From: Flavobacteriales bacterium | GTDB taxonomy: Bacteria > Bacteroidota > Bacteroidia > Flavobacteriales_F > PHOS-HE28 | Length of the DNA: 64,000 nucleotides | NCBI GenBank assembly: GCA_016700415.1 | Contig: CP065018.1 | Span: forward strand, 2,869,284-2,933,283 | Direction: 5' to 3' | Shown here: positions 18,637 to 28,308 of the stretch, piece after piece | Layout of the letters: each line of letters starts with the position of its first letter | How positions within the stretch are numbered: position 1 is the stretch's first letter | Notes under the pieces: model-generated | The model's input: the letters and a program-made list of their open reading frames with translations, nothing else | Database searches by the model: none | What the model was told of the DNA's origin: nothing | Made by a program: the position numbers and the translations under genes

Positions 18637-19805
18637 TCGACGTGAAGGAGGCGAAGCGGCGTTTGATGGCCAACGTGCTGGTGATGCCCACGGAAGCCGT
18701 GCCGTTGCTCAATGCATTGGGCCGTTTTGCGGTGAACGACGTGGTCGCGCCATTCGATCATCCGCTGTTCGATTGCAGCGCGATGGACGGCTATGCGTTC
18801 AGGTTTTCCGAAGAGGTGAAGGCATGGACCGTGGTCGGCGAAGTGCCCGCCGGGGATGCTTTTTCACGCGGACTTCAAGCGGGTGAATGCGTACGCATCT
18901 TCACCGGGGCCATGATGCCTGAAGGTGCGGACACCGTGGTGATGCAGGAACTCGCGCAACGTTCCGGTGAGGCGATGACCCACACGGACGTGAAGTTGAA
19001 ACGCGGCGGCAACGTGCGCTGCAAGGGCGAGCAGTTGCGCACGGGTGATGTGGCCTTGCTGAAAGGAACGCCGCTGGATGCGCCCGCGATCGGGCTGTTG
19101 GCTTCGGTCGGTGTGCAGGAGGTGCTTGTGGCGAAGCGGCCGCGCGTGGCCTTGCTGATCAGCGGTGATGAATTCGCCGAGGGCGCGGTCCCTTCGCCGG
19201 GGAAGATCTTCGGGACCAATGGCATGATGTTGCAGGCGGCCTTGCGCAACGCGGGGATCGAGGCAAGCCTCGTGCAGGTCAATGATGACCGCGAAGCGTT
19301 GATCGCTGCATGGAAGCAAGCAGCCAAGGCACATGATCTCGTCATCTCCACCGGTGGGGTGTCCGTCGGTGATCATGACCTGATCCGGCCCGCCTTGGAA
19401 GCGCTCGGAGCGGAGTTCATCCTTCACGGCGTGAAGCAGAAGCCGGGCAAACCGATGCTCTTTGCGAAGCTCGACGGCACGCCGGTCTTCGGCCTGCCCG
19501 GCAATCCCCGCGCGGTGATGGTGCTGTTCGGTGAATACGTGCTGCCCTTCCTGCGGGCCATGCAAGGAGCAGCGGATCCCGGTCCATGTATTGAGCATCT
19601 TCCGATCGAACAAGCGTTGAAGGTCAAAGGAGACCGGGCGGAATTCCGCGCGGCGCTCGTGACGGAAGGGAGAGTGAAATTATTGGCCGACGAAGGCTCG
19701 CACATGCTGCGATCGCTCACCGAAGCAAATGCATTGGCGTTCATCCCGGCCGATGTGCGGGAGTTTAAAGCAGGGGACACGATCGAAGTACACCACATCC
19801 GGTGA
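18633..19805 (+). CDS. moeA: molybdopterin molybdenumtransferase
   Basis: The MoeA N-domain (FDCSAMDGYAF) and the MoCF-biosynthesis domain (GGVSVGDHD) are present. ATGA overlap with the tauE-like stop. Confidence 0.9.
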   Translation: MIDVKEAKRRLMANVLVMPTEAVPLLNALGRFAVNDVVAPFDHPLFDCSAMDGYAFRFSEEVKAWTVVGEVPAGDAFSRGLQAGECVRIFTGAMMPEGADTVVMQELAQRSGEAMTHTDVKLKRGGNVRCKGEQLRTGDVALLKGTPLDAPAIGLLASVGVQEVLVAKRPRVALLISGDEFAEGAVPSPGKIFGTNGMMLQAALRNAGIEASLVQVNDDREALIAAWKQAAKAHDLVISTGGVSVGDHDLIRPALEALGAEFILHGVKQKPGKPMLFAKLDGTPVFGLPGNPRAVMVLFGEYVLPFLRAMQGAADPGPCIEHLPIEQALKVKGDRAEFRAALVTEGRVKLLADEGSHMLRSLTEANALAFIPADVREFKAGDTIEVHHIR

Positions 19806-20374
19806 TGGGAAGCAAATACGCATGGACCGGGGTGGTGCTCGCTGGTGGCAAGAGCACGCGCATGGGGCAGGACAAAGCGCTGCTGGAAGTGAACGGGAAA
19901 CCGTTGCTGCTTCACGCCGTGGAGAAATTGAAGCCGCATGTGCGCGAGCTCTTCGTGATCGGGGAACCGCGCAAGTATGGCCACATCTGGCCGGACGTCA
20001 TGCCGGATGATATCCCCGGCCTGGGACCCTTGGGCGGCATCGTGACGGCCATGGGCAACGCACGGCACGACCGCTTGCTGGTGCTGGCAGTGGACGCGCC
20101 CGGTGTGAACGCGAGGTTGCTGGAACGTCTCACCCGCGAACTGCCGGATGACGCCGATGCCTTGGTGCCGCGCCACGACGACGAATTGGAGCCCTTGGTC
20201 GCCGCGTATCATCGGCGGTGTGCCGGTGCCTTCATGGACCACATCACACGCAGCCAGCTTTCCATGCACGGAGCCTTGGCTGATGTCAACGTGGCTTACT
20301 TAGACATCAAGCCCGGTGATGACGGCTGGCCGGAGGACCTCTTTTGCAACCTCAACAGTCCTGCCGACCTTTGA
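19802..20374 (+). CDS. mobA: molybdenum cofactor guanylyltransferase
   Basis: GVVLAGGKSTRMGQDKALL nucleotidyltransferase motif. GTG/ATG start overlapping the moeA stop. Confidence 0.85.
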   Translation: MMGSKYAWTGVVLAGGKSTRMGQDKALLEVNGKPLLLHAVEKLKPHVRELFVIGEPRKYGHIWPDVMPDDIPGLGPLGGIVTAMGNARHDRLLVLAVDAPGVNARLLERLTRELPDDADALVPRHDDELEPLVAAYHRRCAGAFMDHITRSQLSMHGALADVNVAYLDIKPGDDGWPEDLFCNLNSPADL

Positions 20375-20377
20375 GCC

Positions 20378-20602
20378 ATGGACATCATGCTTTTTGGATT
20401 GATCGCGGAGAAGGCCGGGACTGATCGGCTAACCATCTCGGCACCGGATACGGGCGCGTTAAGGCAAGCCTTGGAAGAACGCATCGAAGGACTTTCATCG
20501 CTGAGCTATGCGCTGGCCGTGGACCGGAAGATCACGCATGAAAATATTGAACTGAGCGGCAGCGAGGAGATCGCGCTGCTGCCCCCATTTGCAGGAGGAT
20601 GA
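20378..20602 (+). CDS. moaD: molybdopterin synthase sulfur-carrier subunit
   Basis: 74 aa, beta-grasp-sized, ending in the Gly-Gly carboxy terminus (...PPFAGG). Confidence 0.8.
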   Translation: MDIMLFGLIAEKAGTDRLTISAPDTGALRQALEERIEGLSSLSYALAVDRKITHENIELSGSEEIALLPPFAGG

Positions 20603-21069
20603 GCGAAACCAAAGCGCCCAAGAAACGGGACATCTTCACTGATGGTCCGATCGATCCGACCTTCATCGCGGAGAGCATCGCGAAGCACGCCACGCGCCAT
20701 GACATCGGCGCGCACGAGATCTTCCTGGGCCAGGTACGGGCGGACATGGCGGACGGTTCGGGCGGAAGATCTTCCGCCCGTACAACCGCCATCGCATACA
20801 CCGCTTACCGCGACATGGCCAACGAACAGATGATCCCCATCCGCGAAGAAGCCTTCGCACGCTGGCCCATCACTTGCTTGCACGTACACCACAGCCAAGG
20901 CATCATCAAGGCCGGTGAGCTATGCTTCTTCGTCTTTGCCTCATCGGCGCATCGCCAGGTAGCGCGCGAGGCCGTGGCCTATGTCACGGATGAAGTGAAG
21001 AAGCGCCTACCGATCTTCGGGAAGGAGGTTTTGGAGGATGGGGAGCATGTATGGAAGATAAATACATGA
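20599..21069 (+). CDS. moaE: molybdopterin synthase catalytic subunit
   Basis: Overlaps the moaD stop (ATGA). Length and conserved core (HDIGAHEIFLGQVR...) fit MoaE. Confidence 0.85.
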   Translation: MSETKAPKKRDIFTDGPIDPTFIAESIAKHATRHDIGAHEIFLGQVRADMADGSGGRSSARTTAIAYTAYRDMANEQMIPIREEAFARWPITCLHVHHSQGIIKAGELCFFVFASSAHRQVAREAVAYVTDEVKKRLPIFGKEVLEDGEHVWKINT

Positions 21070-21169
21070 TGATATCCCGCAGTGGTGACCGGTAGTTGGT
21101 GATAGGTGATCAGAACCGATCCGCGCCCAATCACCAATCACTATCCACCAATCACCCGACCAAACTCCG

Positions 21170-22093
21170 TTGCCTATGATCGACATCACACACAAGCCTA
21201 CCTCCCTCCGCGAAGCCATCGCCGAGGCCACCGTTAGCGTTAGCAAGCCGGAAACGATCGCAGCGGTGAAAGCCGGGACCGTCCCCAAGGGTGACGTGAT
21301 CGAAGCCGCACGCATCGCCGGTCTCTTCGGCATCAAACGCACCGCGGACATGATCCCGGACTGCCATCCTTTGCCAGTGGAACACGCCGAGGTGACCAGC
21401 AGCGTCCAGGAAATGGCCATCGTGGTCACTGTGAAAGTGCGGACCATCTACCGCACCGGTGTGGAAGTGGAGGCCATGCACGGCGCCAGCGTGGCAGCGC
21501 TCACCATCTACGACATGCTTAAGCCGATCGACAAGGGCATCACCATCGACCGCATCCGCTTGGTGGGGAAGAAGGGTGGCAAAAGCGATTGGAAAGATCA
21601 GTTCGACAAGATGCCAAGCGCTGCCGTGCTCGTCATCAGTGACAGCGTTTCAGCGGGCAAGAAGGAGGACAAGGCCGGAAAGACGATCGGTGAACGGTTG
21701 AAGACGCTCGGTGTGGAGTTCGCTGCAAATGCGCTGGTACCGGATGAGCCGGAGCAGATCGCCGCACAGGTGAAGGCATGGGCGGAGCAGGGCATCGACC
21801 TTATCCTCACCACCGGCGGCACGGGCCTCTCACCACGTGATCGCACGCCGGAAGCCATCGCACCTATTCTCGACCGCGAAGTGCCTGGTGTCATGGAGGC
21901 CGCACGCAGCTACGGCCAAGAGCGCGTGCCCCTCGCCATGATGAGCCGCGGCATCGCCGGGATGATCGGTCGTACGTTGGTGATCACCCTGCCGGGATCA
22001 ACAAGAGGTGCGCAAGAGACGATGGACGCGCTTTTCCCGTTCGTACTGCATGTGGTCAAAGTGCAGGAGATGGCGTATCGGCACGGTATGTAG
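21170..22093 (+). CDS. moaC: bifunctional cyclic pyranopterin monophosphate synthase (MoaC) / MogA-MoaB-type molybdopterin adenylyltransferase fusion
   Basis: The N-terminal ~150 aa are MoaC (MHGASVAALTIYDM). The C-terminal ~150 aa are MogA/MoaB (LVISDSVSAG...LILTTGGTG). Confidence 0.85.
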   Translation: MPMIDITHKPTSLREAIAEATVSVSKPETIAAVKAGTVPKGDVIEAARIAGLFGIKRTADMIPDCHPLPVEHAEVTSSVQEMAIVVTVKVRTIYRTGVEVEAMHGASVAALTIYDMLKPIDKGITIDRIRLVGKKGGKSDWKDQFDKMPSAAVLVISDSVSAGKKEDKAGKTIGERLKTLGVEFAANALVPDEPEQIAAQVKAWAEQGIDLILTTGGTGLSPRDRTPEAIAPILDREVPGVMEAARSYGQERVPLAMMSRGIAGMIGRTLVITLPGSTRGAQETMDALFPFVLHVVKVQEMAYRHGM

Positions 22094-22122
22094 GGTTACG
22101 CCGCCAGAAGGCTAAGGGGGCA

Positions 22123-22314
22123 TCAACCCTTGACTTTCTTCCGGATCACAAAGTTTTTGGTAGGTCGCTCCTTAGCGTTCGGATCAAACCGTTCATCGAA
22201 GCTGCGTAGGAACCATTGGAAGCGTTCACTCGGCGTCAGCGCCAAGAATTCGTGTTCCCTGCGGGGGTTGCTTTCTTCTTTGGTCTCGAAACGGATGCGG
22301 TTATCGGTAGACAT
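22123..22314 (-). CDS. small hypothetical protein (63 aa)
   Basis: ATG at 22312-22314 (MSTDNRIRFETKEESNPRREHEF...). The longer ORF would start at a TTG. There is no homology call. Confidence 0.3.
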   Translation of the reverse strand: MSTDNRIRFETKEESNPRREHEFLALTPSERFQWFLRSFDERFDPNAKERPTKNFVIRKKVKG

Positions 22315-22328
22315 GACGAATCTCAAAG

Positions 22329-23573
22329 CTATGGCACCACTACAACTCCGCTCTTAGGAACCGTCGCACCAACAAAGCGCCATAGCACGAATTGCCCGCC
22401 AGGCCACGAGATCCGTTGATCACTACGAGCATCTACTCGTACCGATCGCAGCACACGGCCCTGCGTATCGAACAACTCCAAAGTCCCGGCTTCACCGCCG
22501 TTGTGAATGGATAGGCCATTCACATCGCTGGTCACTCGGAAGGCCGAAGTCTGAAGTTCCGTGATGCCCGTTGTGGTGACGTCCACTTGGAAGATGCTGG
22601 TGTCGGCGCGTCCGCAATCGTCCGTGGCGATGTAAGTCACCGTGTAGTTGCCAACGGCAGTGTAGGTATGCGTGAAGCTGCTTTCCATATTCGTGCTGCC
22701 GTCGCCCAGGTCCCAGAAGTTGTTGGTGGTGTTCGTGGAATTCTCGCTGAAGGCCACTTGACCGCCGCCGAGGTCCGTGTGTTCCGGCAAAGCGACCGGA
22801 TCGTTGACGCCGATGTTCCATGTGCTCAAACTGTCCAGCACCACGGACGATGCAACCTGTTGCAGGGTGGCTGCGGTCGTTGCATCCAATGTGGAAGTGA
22901 AGGTTGCGCCCATGGTTGTTCTGCGGAAAAAAGTACTGTACATGGTGCAGGCCACCAAGTAGGAGCCGGCAACGCTTGGGTGACTGCCATCTGCTGCATA
23001 CAGGCCGATCGCCGGGAACTCTTCGCGCACGCGCTTCCACGCCATACCGGCGGGCGCACATGCGGTGCTATTGTCCTGCGCCATTTGCAAGTAGTTGATC
23101 CGTAGTTGCTCTTGCATGCCCTCGTATGTGCAGACCGGCGGCCAGGATGCGCAGTTGTCCGCATCGCCGTTCTCGCGGCCCCAGGTCATGTAGAACACGG
23201 GTTCCGCGCACGGGGAATGGGCACGGATGCTGTCCACTAATGCGGTCGCGTAGGGCAAGGATTCTGCGGCTACTTGCGCCGGCGGAAAGGAGGGAAGTTG
23301 GCTTTGCTCCTGCAACACCACGTAATTCCATCCGCCTTGGTCGATCAGGTTCTGCGTGGCCGTATTGGTGGTATGCCCGTTGAACGTGTAGCCGCCCGGT
23401 GTGGAGCTGTTGACGACCAACGTGTCCCCCAAGGAGAGCGCCAGTTGCCGGGTCAACTCCGGCAGGTTGTTCACTGCGGTGTAGCTGTTGCCGATAAAGA
23501 GCACGCGCGTGGTCTGCGCACTGGCGGAACCGATCGTTCCGAGGAGGATCAGAAATGCGAAGAGATGCTTCAT
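22329..23573 (-). CDS. secreted SGNH/GDSL-like hydrolase (DUF4886-like) with a PKD domain and a T9SS C-terminal domain
   Basis: Internal ATG at 23573 gives the signal peptide MKHLFAFLILLGTIGSASAQ. VLFIGNSYT is the SGNH block I. PKD segment (FTHTYTAVGNYTVTYIATDDCG). C-terminal beta-sandwich sorting domain. Confidence 0.72.
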   Translation of the reverse strand: MKHLFAFLILLGTIGSASAQTTRVLFIGNSYTAVNNLPELTRQLALSLGDTLVVNSSTPGGYTFNGHTTNTATQNLIDQGGWNYVVLQEQSQLPSFPPAQVAAESLPYATALVDSIRAHSPCAEPVFYMTWGRENGDADNCASWPPVCTYEGMQEQLRINYLQMAQDNSTACAPAGMAWKRVREEFPAIGLYAADGSHPSVAGSYLVACTMYSTFFRRTTMGATFTSTLDATTAATLQQVASSVVLDSLSTWNIGVNDPVALPEHTDLGGGQVAFSENSTNTTNNFWDLGDGSTNMESSFTHTYTAVGNYTVTYIATDDCGRADTSIFQVDVTTTGITELQTSAFRVTSDVNGLSIHNGGEAGTLELFDTQGRVLRSVRVDARSDQRISWPGGQFVLWRFVGATVPKSGVVVVP

Positions 23574-23679
23574 GGCGTGAAGGTAGAGGGTCATGGGATC
23601 AACGTCCGCACGGTCTTGCGAAGTGGCACCGCGAAAAGGCATTTCTTTGCGTTCTTCGTGCCCATAGCGGTAGAAAGAC

Positions 23680-24690
23680 ATGGTCAACGGCAAAGAAGCA
23701 TTCGTGGAGGAGTTCGTGCTGCATCGCATCGGTGCTGAGGGCGAGCCCAGCGTGTTCAGCGACTTCAGCGCGGTGATCAAGGGCGAATTGGAGCAGCAGT
23801 TCCTGCGGAAGCTCTTCCTGCGGCCCTTCACGAACATGGCCTTCACCTGCGAGTTCGCCTCGGAGAAGAGCACTTTGCGTCAGCTGTGCACGAAGATCTA
23901 TGACGGTGAAAGCATCGTGGAGAACTCCGTGGCCATCGCCAAACAGCTCATCGCCGTGGCCCAGGAAGACAAGATGCCGGGCGGTGATCTGATCGTGGCG
24001 AAGTTCAGCGCGGTGGAGGTCGGCGGCGCGGAACATGAGGCAGTGGGCATCTTCAAATTCGATGAGAAAGAAGTTTTTCTGGAAAGCAGACTGAAGGACG
24101 AAACCATCGTACTGCGCATGAAGCGAGGGCTGGGCAACAACAAGCCGAACAAGGCCTGCTTGGTGGTCTTCTCCGGGAACTCCCCCACGCTCTTCATCAT
24201 CGACAACCAGGCGAACACCGAATATTGGCAGAAGGATTTCATCGGATCACGGGCGAAGAAGGACCACGTGAACAGCACCAGCGATCGGATGCACATCACC
24301 AAGACCTTCATCACCGAACAACTACCGCAGGACTTCGTGGTGGAGAAGGCCGACCAGATCGACCTGCTGAACCGCTCCGTGGATTACTTCAAGAACCATA
24401 CGGAATTCGACCAGGACGAATTCACGCAGGAAGTATTCCAGGAAGAGAAGGCCATCCAGTCCTACAAAGAATACAGCGACCGCTACCAGAAGGAGAACGA
24501 CGTGCAGGTGCAGGACAACTTCGAGATCTCCTCTCACGCTGTGAAGAAGCAGGCGCGCGTGTTCAAGAGCGTCCTGAAGCTGGACAAGAATTTCCACATC
24601 TACATCCACGGCGACCGCAACAAGATCGAGCATGGCGTAGATGAGATCGGAAGGAAGTTCTACAAGATCTTCTACGAGCAGGAGTCGTGA
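23680..24690 (+). CDS. nucleoid-associated protein, NdpA/YejK family (Bacteroidetes-type)
   Basis: Conserved blocks LHRIG, LFLRPF, AVGIFKFDEKEVFLE, YWQKDFIG and a C-terminal KFYKIFY. The K/E-rich composition lowers local GC. Confidence 0.6.
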   Translation: MVNGKEAFVEEFVLHRIGAEGEPSVFSDFSAVIKGELEQQFLRKLFLRPFTNMAFTCEFASEKSTLRQLCTKIYDGESIVENSVAIAKQLIAVAQEDKMPGGDLIVAKFSAVEVGGAEHEAVGIFKFDEKEVFLESRLKDETIVLRMKRGLGNNKPNKACLVVFSGNSPTLFIIDNQANTEYWQKDFIGSRAKKDHVNSTSDRMHITKTFITEQLPQDFVVEKADQIDLLNRSVDYFKNHTEFDQDEFTQEVFQEEKAIQSYKEYSDRYQKENDVQVQDNFEISSHAVKKQARVFKSVLKLDKNFHIYIHGDRNKIEHGVDEIGRKFYKIFYEQES

Positions 24691-24791
24691 GTTCCATCAA
24701 CGTCTCACGCAGTTGACGTTGATGCCCTTTTGTAGCGTTGTAGTTCACGTGTCCTCAGGATCCCCTTCGGGAGATCGCTGAGGGAACTAGT

Positions 24792-25790
24792 TCACCCCCC
24801 GATGCTCACCATAGGTCTGCTGCTCAGATCGTGCAGCACTTCTTCCTGCTTGTCCAAATTGAACTGAGGTAATCCTCCCAGCATCTTGTGCTTCGCCAGC
24901 ACGTTCGCTTCGATCAAGGAGGAAACATCCTCACCGCTGCGCAACGCTGAAAGCAGGTCGGTCTCCTCGCGGGCGAAGAGGCAGTTGCGCAGCTTGCCTT
25001 CCGCCGTCAGGCGCAGGCGATCGCAGTTTCCGCAGAAGGGCTCGGTCACTGTGCTGATCACCGCGAAGGTGCCTTGCCAGCCTTTCACGCGGTAGGCCTT
25101 GGCGGTGCTGTGCGGGTCGTCGTCGAGCTTTTCGATCGTGTGCGCGCTGCCGATGCGGCCGAGCATTTCGCTGTACGTGTACACGCGCTCACGGCCCCAC
25201 AGATTGCCGGCGAAGGGCATGAACTCGATGAAACGCACATGCACCGGCCGGTCACGGGTAAGCTCCGTGAAGCGCAGCAGCTCATCATCGTTCACGCCGC
25301 GCATCACAACCATGTTCAGCTTCACGTGCAGGCCGCGATCGATCGCCTGTTCGATGTTCGCCAGCACGCGGTCGTGGCCATCGCGGCGGGAGAGGGTGCG
25401 GAAGCGCTCCGCATCAAAAGTATCCAAGCTGATGTTGACGCTCTTCAATCCGGCGGAGATCAGCTGGTCCAGGAAGAGGTGCAGGCGCGTCGCATTGGTG
25501 GTCAATCCCAGCTTCACCGGCAGTTGCGCCATGTCACGGACGAGATCCACCACGTCCGGCCGCATCAATGGTTCACCGCCTGTCAGTCGGATCTTAGTGA
25601 TGCCGTATTGCTCCACGAAGAGCTTTGCCAGTGTGCGGATCTCTTCCCGCGTCATCAGCTCATCGCGTTTCAGGAACTGCTGATCCTCGGGCATGCAGTA
25701 GGTGCAGCGCAGGTCGCACTTGTCCACGATGCTGATGCGCAGGTTGCGATGGGTGCGGGAATAGCGGTCGGTAAGCAAAGTCATGACCAT
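24792..25790 (-). CDS. moaA: GTP 3',8-cyclase
   Basis: Radical-SAM CDLRCTYCMP motif, a second C-terminal 4Fe-4S cysteine cluster (CGNCDRLRLTAEG), and a GG tail. Start at the internal ATG at 25790; the ORF upstream of it is antisense to tag. Confidence 0.9.
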   Translation of the reverse strand: MVMTLLTDRYSRTHRNLRISIVDKCDLRCTYCMPEDQQFLKRDELMTREEIRTLAKLFVEQYGITKIRLTGGEPLMRPDVVDLVRDMAQLPVKLGLTTNATRLHLFLDQLISAGLKSVNISLDTFDAERFRTLSRRDGHDRVLANIEQAIDRGLHVKLNMVVMRGVNDDELLRFTELTRDRPVHVRFIEFMPFAGNLWGRERVYTYSEMLGRIGSAHTIEKLDDDPHSTAKAYRVKGWQGTFAVISTVTEPFCGNCDRLRLTAEGKLRNCLFAREETDLLSALRSGEDVSSLIEANVLAKHKMLGGLPQFNLDKQEEVLHDLSSRPMVSIGG

Positions 25791-25877
25791 GCAAAGGTAC
25801 CGTGGTGTGGTCGGGACCGCCCGGACATTCTTCCGGCCCCTGTTATGGATGCCGGGGGATCCCCGAACTTCGCCTCC

Positions 25878-26450
25878 ATGAAGCCCGATGAAAAGGTGCG
25901 CTGTCCGTGGTGCCTGAAGGACGACATATACAAGCGTTATCATGATGAGGTCTGGGGCGTACCCGAGCATGACGACCGCAAGCTCTTCGCGAAGCTGATC
26001 TTGGATGGAGCGCAGGCGGGCCTGAGCTGGTATACCATTCTGATCCGTACGGAGAGCTATGCGAAGGCGTACAACAATTGGGACGCCAAAAAAGTCGCGC
26101 GCTATGGCGAGAAGGACGTTGAGCGCTTGATGAACGACGCAGGCATCATCCGCAACCGCTCCAAGATCATGGCCTCCATCAGTAATGCACAGGCGTATTT
26201 GAAGATCATGGAGGACGGCCCCGGCTCTTTCGATCGCTTCTTGTGGAAGCATGTACACGGCAAGACCAAGGTGAACAGGGTGAAGCAGATGAGCGATGTG
26301 CCTGTGTCCACGCCCGAAAGCGATGCCATGAGCAACGACCTGAAGAAGCATGGTTTCAAATTCACGGGCACCACCATCGTGTATGCGTTCATGCAGGCCT
26401 GCGGCATGGTGGACGACCATATGGTGACGTGCTGGAGAAAGAAGGGGTGA
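25878..26450 (+). CDS. tag: DNA-3-methyladenine glycosylase I
   Basis: Near-collinear with E. coli Tag (RCPWC..., YHDEVWGVPEHDDRKLF, GTTIVYAFMQACGMVDDH). Confidence 0.9.
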   Translation: MKPDEKVRCPWCLKDDIYKRYHDEVWGVPEHDDRKLFAKLILDGAQAGLSWYTILIRTESYAKAYNNWDAKKVARYGEKDVERLMNDAGIIRNRSKIMASISNAQAYLKIMEDGPGSFDRFLWKHVHGKTKVNRVKQMSDVPVSTPESDAMSNDLKKHGFKFTGTTIVYAFMQACGMVDDHMVTCWRKKG

Positions 26451-26455
26451 AGAAG

Positions 26456-27307
26456 ATGCGCACACCAGTGTCTCCTATACAGATCACACGCGTCGAACAT
26501 GGTTCGGCTACAGTGACCGATGATATCCTTGTCAGCGAAGAACCCTTGGAGATCCGCCTTGGCCATGGCCCGGAGGAGGACCGCAAGGAGATACAGCTGA
26601 GCGTAACCATGCGTACGCCGGGGAACGATGAGGAGCTGGCGATGGGATTTCTTTTCACCGAAGGCCTTGTCACGGACATGTCCCAAGTGCTGCGCGTGGT
26701 ACCGTGCGAGAACGTGAAGGAAGAGGAAAGGGGCAACGTAGTGCGTGTGGAACTTCATCCGGCCGTTGAGATAGAGCCTGCGAAGTGGCAGCGCAACTTC
26801 TACACCAGCAGCAGTTGCGGTGTATGCGGGAAGACCAGCATCGGCGCCGTGCATACGCAATGCGCACGGCCCATTGCCCCGTTCGGACCGATCGATCCGA
26901 AGGTGATCACCGCACTGCCCGGCCGCATGCGCGAAGCGCAGACCGTCTTCAAGCATACCGGAGGCATCCACGCGGCCGCACTTTTCGATCGCGAGGGTAA
27001 GCTGCTGATCCTGCGGGAGGACGTGGGCCGCCACAATGCCGTGGACAAGGTGATCGGAGCCTTGTTGCTGTCTACGCGCTCCCAGCCGGGGATCGGCCCC
27101 GGACAACTGACAACTGACAACTACCAACTCCTCGTAAGCGGCCGCGCCGGCTTCGAGCTCGTTCAGAAATGCCTCATGGCCGGAATTCCGATGATGGCCG
27201 CCGTGGGCGCACCTTCTTCATTGGCCGTACAGCTGGCGAAAAAAGGAGGGCTAACGCTGGTCGGCTTCCTGTCCGGGGAGCGCTTCAACGTCTACTCAGG
27301 CGGGTAG
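26456..27307 (+). CDS. fdhD: formate dehydrogenase accessory sulfurtransferase
   Basis: FdhD/NarQ family core, including the conserved cysteine in SSCGVCG and the GRHNAVDK motif. Confidence 0.85.
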   Translation: MRTPVSPIQITRVEHGSATVTDDILVSEEPLEIRLGHGPEEDRKEIQLSVTMRTPGNDEELAMGFLFTEGLVTDMSQVLRVVPCENVKEEERGNVVRVELHPAVEIEPAKWQRNFYTSSSCGVCGKTSIGAVHTQCARPIAPFGPIDPKVITALPGRMREAQTVFKHTGGIHAAALFDREGKLLILREDVGRHNAVDKVIGALLLSTRSQPGIGPGQLTTDNYQLLVSGRAGFELVQKCLMAGIPMMAAVGAPSSLAVQLAKKGGLTLVGFLSGERFNVYSGG

Positions 27308-27397
27308 CGCTTATTGGTAAGGAATCCTGATGATCGTCAGGATGCACCGTTTCCGGGCCGGATAACTTGCACCCTCATTTTGAAGGACGGATCGGAC

Positions 27398-27829
27398 ATG
27401 GACAACACCCCCCCGGAAAAGGCCTCTGGGCAGCCGCGCGAAAAGGGTGACATCCGGACGATCGAGGACGTTCGCCTCTTGGTGGACACGTTTTATGGCC
27501 GCGCCCGCTTGGATGAGCTGGTAGGCCCCATCTTCAACGATACCATCCAGGACCGTTGGCCGGAGCACTTGGCCAAGCTCTACAACTTCTGGCAGACCAT
27601 CCTCTTGGGGCAGCACACCTACAACGGAAGCCCTTTTCTGCCACACGCGAAGCTTCCGATCGATAAGCGCCACTTTGACCGTTGGTTGCAGCTTTTCCAC
27701 GGTACGTTGAGCGATCTTTTTGAAGGTCCCACGACCGAGGAGGCCAAACAACGCTCGGTGATGATGGCGCAGATGTTCCAATTCAGAATGGCCGAGCACG
27801 CGCGTGCTGGTACCACACCCGTCCGCTGA
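27398..27829 (+). CDS. group III truncated haemoglobin (Ctb-like)
   Basis: The tract FYGRARLDELVGPIFND...LYNFWQTILLGQHTYNGSPF...WLQLFHGTL aligns with the group III trHb helices B-H. A TTG further upstream opens the ORF; the first ATG is at 27398. Confidence 0.72.
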   Translation: MDNTPPEKASGQPREKGDIRTIEDVRLLVDTFYGRARLDELVGPIFNDTIQDRWPEHLAKLYNFWQTILLGQHTYNGSPFLPHAKLPIDKRHFDRWLQLFHGTLSDLFEGPTTEEAKQRSVMMAQMFQFRMAEHARAGTTPVR

Positions 27830-28308
27830 TGACGGTGGTGAAGCATCCGGTCGCTCTGGTCGCGGTGTTCACGTGGCTTGGGCTCGTTGTGGGGATCGCC
27901 TTCATGGCCTCCTGGCTCAAGTACCGCGCTTTCGGGGTTTCCCTTCCCGTGGGTGCGGGCATCGACATGAAGCTGCTACCCGCGTTGCTGCGGGTGGAGT
28001 GGGTGCTGGCCTTGGCCATTGTGGCCGATCTGCTCTTGGGCAAGTCCTCTATGCTCATGCTCGCCCTGGTCGCGGTCCCGTTGCTTTTGCTCGCCGTCCA
28101 GACCCTTTGGCTTCAACCGGCCATGGACGCCGACGCCTTGCTGGTGTTCCATGGACAGAGCGGTGCAGGCACCGGTCTTCGGACGGTGAATACCGCAGTG
28201 GAGGCCGTGAAGGTCACTGCGCTGGCCGCGCTGGGCGTCGCACAATTCTCACGCCTATCAACCCGCGCCGGGGACCCGGCGATCAACGACCAAAACACAC
28301 GATCATGA
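27829..28308 (+). CDS. hydrophobic membrane protein (4-5 TM; DUF4149-like)
   Basis: Starts with a 1-nt overlap on the trHb stop and ends with an ATGA overlap on the RIC start. Strongly hydrophobic; no catalytic motifs. Confidence 0.5.
   Translation: MTVVKHPVALVAVFTWLGLVVGIAFMASWLKYRAFGVSLPVGAGIDMKLLPALLRVEWVLALAIVADLLLGKSSMLMLALVAVPLLLLAVQTLWLQPAMDADALLVFHGQSGAGTGLRTVNTAVEAVKVTALAALGVAQFSRLSTRAGDPAINDQNTRS

Noticed and set aside
25791-25877. Possible Moco riboswitch upstream of moaA or of the moeB-like gene (17156-17241)
   Set aside because: Both leaders are under 90 nt and lack the conserved Moco-RNA P1-P4 architecture, so no riboswitch was called.
25791-26465. Upstream 225 codons of the 557-aa reverse ORF containing moaA
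   Set aside because: Antisense to tag. moaA begins at the internal ATG at 25790 (MVMTLL...).
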